Origin: Takakia lepidozioides
Taxonomy: Eukaryota > Plantae > Bryophyta
Assembly (NCBI GenBank): GCA_030704615.1
Contig: CM060732.1
Span: forward strand, 18,724,001-18,788,000
Direction of reading: 5' to 3'
DNA length: 64,000 bases
This document shows positions 59,362 through 64,000 of this stretch, piece after piece. The position numbers were made by a program, and so were the translations under genes. The notes beneath the pieces are model-generated. The model saw only the letters and a list, made by a program, of their open reading frames with translations, was not told where the DNA came from and made no database searches. Each line of letters opens with the position of its first letter. The stretch's first letter is position 1.

Positions 59362-62300
59362 CAACACACATGAGGCGGTAATGGCAAGTGATTAAGAGTC
59401 AAACTTTGTATTGACTCGGATACGGAGGGAAACAACAATACACCACCCAAAAGCTTTAAAGAGCTATAGCATGGCTTTATGAGGGGGCAACGGATTGAAC
59501 AAGCAAAGCAGGTGGACACAGCAGTGCTTCTAAAATAGGTACATAGGGCTGCGCCTGCCTTTACATTGTCTCTCTCATGGCCCTCATCACGCACATACAA
59601 CCATCTAACTCAATAGTGCTCACGGATTGAAGGCCCCTCTCATTTACTGCACCGCATTGATGCACCACCAAAGCATGATTTGCACTGCAGTTTTGGGCTC
59701 CTTGATTCTCATCATGTCCTCATGCGTGTCAACGCTTCGTTGTCGCCGGGAACCAGGCTGCCTATTTTCAACCTTTTATTTATGCTTTTATTCCGGTTTA
59801 ATTTTGGCTCCAGCCCGCTTTGTTTTTGTTTTCATGTTTTCTAATTCGGCGGTTAGTTCTTTATTACGACTAATATTATAGTAAATATTAATAGAGCATG
59901 TACAGATGACTACAGATGCTCGGAACTTAGGCTTAATTATCTGTTACGTACTTTTTTATAACAACGGAAACATTTCTTGGCCGGTTCATTTTTCTCCATG
60001 ATGAATCTTTGGGCTTTCAATACCACCTTTAATTTCTGTGTACAATGCGTGTGTGGATTTGAGCCCAGCACCGGCTGTTAACTGGAAGTTTCAAGTAGCT
60101 AGGGTTTGTGAAAGGGCGAGCAGGTCCATCAAGATGGAATATTCGATAATGAGAGGAGCGGGGGGCAGGTCAAAGCGGGCATCATTCATTCAACCACTGC
60201 GTCTTTGACAAACTGCACTGCCGAGATGTCGCAGCAGAGGCGCTCACGCATGCGAAGAGATGTGGGGGCATTCAAACGAGAGCATAAACAGTGATGAAGC
60301 AGGCATTTTTGAAGCCTGAGGCGATGCTCCTGCACTGGTTGAAGCGCTCCGGCGGTGCGAGCATTGAATGGAACAAGGCAGGCCGTGGTGTAAATATGTG
60401 GAATTTTGTGCCCTTCCGGGCAACAAGAGGGTGGCAGAAGGGGCGTGATTCGTGAATATGAATATGTTGAATAGTGTGCCATTAAGGCAACAAGCTGAGA
60501 GTTGCAGGCATCGGGGTGCGCGAGAATCTGCAGGTCTTGCACGAATCGCCGGCTCCCGTGGGCTTCATACTGAGCAGCCCATGGCATTCTCACAGAGTTG
60601 CGCATGCGCTCTGCGGCGGCCATAGCCCGGAGCTTCATCAATCTCGTCGCAGCCATGAATGCATGCGCCAGGGTTTGCTCGCCTCGCTCGCCCCGCTCCC
60701 GAGACGCCAGACTTGTCTCTCTGCCTCGCGCTCCTCGCACCTCCGCGCGTCGAGACAGCCCTTCGTCCCCGCCGCTGGATGGATGTCGCCCGTCTGTCCC
60801 GCAACTCTGTCCGATAATATCTATACACCATATGATTATTAAAAACCCGAGTATTAACTTCTTGACGACGTAGCGGCCGAAGAGTGGTGGCGCTGTGCAC
60901 AAAAAGATCAGGACGCGTGCCGCGGGTTATTTATCCTCCGTACCACTCCTCGTGCCAGGCACGCTCATCGGCTGACTTCTGGCCGTTGGATCCCTTCGCT
61001 TCAGATTAACCCCGGAAGTGGCGAAACTCGTCGCTCGCCCGAGCACTGGTTTCGTGGCACCGGCAAACAGGGCCGACCGAAAGACGGCTACCGTGCTACG
61101 GCTGCTAACGCAACCGCGACCGCGACCGCGGAGACCGTGGTCAGGTCATCAGCGCCTTTTTGCGTAGTGCGCTGCGGCCGACTTCGAGGCGGCGCCCGTA
61201 CTCCACACGCTTGTGTTGCCGATCACTCAACTTTCAGGTCTAACTTAGTAATCGCACAACTTTTTCAACACTGCCAATCGCTCTTTTTCTCTTGTGATTA
61301 GGTGGTCTAATAATCCGAGATCGAACAAAGCTGTCGGAGGTAACGTTTGAGATGGATCCAGCTCAAGGCCAGCCATTGGTGGCTCATCGTCAACAAGCTT
61401 TGACGGTGCCGCATTGCTTGTGCACTTGAGGTTGCACAAGGGCGAGGCAATGCATCCAGGCATGTGGATGGGCAGCCAAGAAGGGTGGGAAGCAGGCAGG
61501 CAGGCTGGTGTGATGCTGCTGGAGCTTTGATGGAGGCAGAGCCTGTGCTGGCAAGGGAGTTTGAAACTGGCACTTTGTGAACCTTTGCAGCATAATGATT
61601 AACATTTGAGGCGGAGGAGGAGGCTGGCGATGGAGACATGATGCAATCTGGCATATCACTATCTGCTTCTGGGTATGCAAGCCTGCCAGTTAGCCTCGCC
61701 TTGTCCCCCCATTCATTCATTTCGAAGGTGTCTAGTTAAATCGTAAGACCACCTAGGTCTGGCCCCACAAAGTAAAACATATTTTCTGTGTGTGCAGCCC
61801 GATGAGTACTTACGCCAGAAGGTGAAGCCACCCACTTAAGCCCACGCCTTAACCAAGAAAGCCCGGAGCAATCTTCAGAACTTTCAAGTAGCCCAGCGTT
61901 ATGCTCTTTTGAATGAAGTTCAGTCGATAAAAAAACCGGGCCATGCATCTCACTTCCAAATGAGGACAAGTTCCCACAACATCCCCTCGAGCGCTGTCTT
62001 GAGGAGATTCATTGGAACCAAAACGAGAAATGCCAAAAGTGAGAAATTTTCTTGGTGCGAACGCCAGGTAAGCTTAAGCAATGTTTTGAAGGCCTATCGG
62101 GCATGATTCCGGGTGAGCAGGCGATTGTGACAATACGCCAAATGTAGGCCGGTTACGTGATAGCTGAAATGATGGCAAGCTGCAGAGAGCTAGCATAAAA
62201 TATGCAGCGGCAAAGAGAGCACAGTTGTCAAGTAACAATTTCTTAATGCGGTGCTCCCTTGGGTACTAACATCCCGGGGGACATGTTTTGTTGAATGAAT

Positions 62301-64000
62301 TGTTTACTGCGAAGCAGAGGTGAGCAGAGGGGCGGATGCTCCAGTGTGACTTAGAAAAAGAGCGTATGGAAGGAGGGTAGGTGCGAAGCAGCACAATGGC
62401 AGGGCTAGATGCATAGGGAGAATGTCACCTTGGCTCCGGCATACCAAATCCCATGGATTCAGGGGAAGCCAAGGAAGAGAGAGTGTGGCATGAAGCGGGG
62501 CCCACGGTCTCGTGGGTCCTGACGTCTGCCATAGCTAAAGCTTGGAGGTCCGATCGTCTTCTTCCTCTCTCTGCTCTGCCCGCCCACCTGGCCACCCTCC
62601 ATTGGATTTCTCATGGCCTCCGCCACGTGAGGACCATGAAGGGCTGCCAGGGATGCGCCCAGAGCAGCATATCACCCTTACAAGATTCATCCCAACATAG
62701 GCAACACCGAGGGAGAAAGAAAGATCGAGCCATAGCCGAACGCTCCTGCAATCAACCTTGAGAAGTGAGCTTGGATGTCCTCAGTTATGGCGTCTCCCTC
62801 CCCCCTCCTCTTATTTTATTCTCGCTTTGACCATGGCAGTCAATGGAATGAGCCGAATTTATGTGAAGAATCATGTAACTGTATCTATACATCCGGGCAG
62901 GAGAGAGGAAGCTGGAAGTAGCAGTAGAGTATTCAACATGTCAGTCTCCCTTCTAATAATACCCCCCAAAAACAATGGTGAAAAGTTAGAATGATACCTT
63001 CAAAAGTTTGTGAATTGGCAATAATACACTGTAGAATGATCATGTCAGATGTGTGTGCAGTCCCTCTCTATTTTATTTTACTAACTTACAAACCCCCAAT
63101 TACACCCGCCCTTTCACTTTTCTTTTCTTTCCTTTTCTTTTCTTTCGTTGGTTACTCCATCATCATGTAGCAAATGCAATGAGTAAACCATCATAACTAT
63201 CTGCTCAGTTTATAGCCATCGCCCAAATTATTAAATTTGTTCTTCGGAGGGAACTTCTAATAAGCACACTGAGTCCATAGGAAAACAAAATCAGCCAGCC
63301 AGCAACAACGGAGAAATAGGGGACGGTGCATAATACACATATAACCGTTATAAATAATTTTAAAATAAATAGTAATAACTGTTATTTTTAACCTCCGCAT
63401 GTCGACACAGGATAGTAAGTAAGCAGTAACGTACCAATGACCCGTAGATTTGTCGTGTAGGGCACCGCGTTTGCGGCCGGGTACCGTTATGCCTCGGCAA
63501 GCGGGCCCGGCCAATGGGGGGCGCGCTAACCACACATTACGGGGCGCGCGTAACCACGCCCTCGATTAATGCTAAGCCAGCCCTAATTGCGGCCAACCCT
63601 TGGCTCGTGCGGAAGCCGATATGGTGAGTAAGTAAACGCCCGGCGTATGTATGTACCTACTAGTATGTTTACTCACTAACCTCCTGGCTGTACTGGTAAG
63701 TTACTGGTATGTTTATTAGTCACTCCGTGTAACTCCTCACAAGGTTTGGGCTGCTGTGTACACTCACTAACCACTCCGACTACTAACGTTGTACGTTCTT
63801 CGGAGTCTCCGTTACTTAACGCCGACTGTTAACGGTTTTGAGGTTTAGGGTTTTTTTTTTTTCCCTTTGTTTTTTTCGCCGGGGTCGCTCAGTGTTGGCA
63901 GGGGGACTCTGGTGCCAGAAAAAGCTCGGTAGCCCCTTTATACACGATGGCTGAATTAGTATGGAATCTGCAACTTTTGGGCGTCATATCCTACTACACC

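Noticed and set aside
61245-63535. Short ORFs near the right end as genes
   Set aside because: No recognisable motifs or consistent exon chain. Most short ORFs in the track are antisense or alternate-frame shadows.

Overview
Eukaryotic, land-plant-type genomic DNA (PLS-type PPR fragments, plant-style introns; a non-flowering lineage is an inference). The window opens with the last three exons of a 26S proteasome lid subunit gene (RPN3/PSMD3). About 44 kb of nested transposons follows. A minus-strand L1-like LINE (~3343-47640) is interrupted by Ty3/gypsy element A (3760-38722). Element A is interrupted by a related element B (9162-33412), which is in turn interrupted by a 13.7-kb CACTA element (13773-27448). 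The LINE also carries a hAT element and a CACTA MITE. The main discovery is the two Ty3/gypsy elements. Both encode Gag-PR-[DNMT3-like C5 cytosine methyltransferase]-RT-RNaseH-DDE integrase-[PHD finger]. Neither has a conventional pair of LTRs or a PBS. Instead they have split direct repeats (A1...B1-A2-B2), an architecture otherwise known from tyrosine-recombinase retrotransposons. The internal B1/A2 junction is a perfect palindrome, GACA-GC-TGTC, and a third remnant with the same B-A-B end lies at ~47.7-48.1 kb. The CACTA element carries a divergently oriented TnpA-like gene with an FCP1/NIF-type HAD phosphatase domain, plus captured PPR fragments. The last ~15 kb contains small repeats and MITEs but no protein I can identify.
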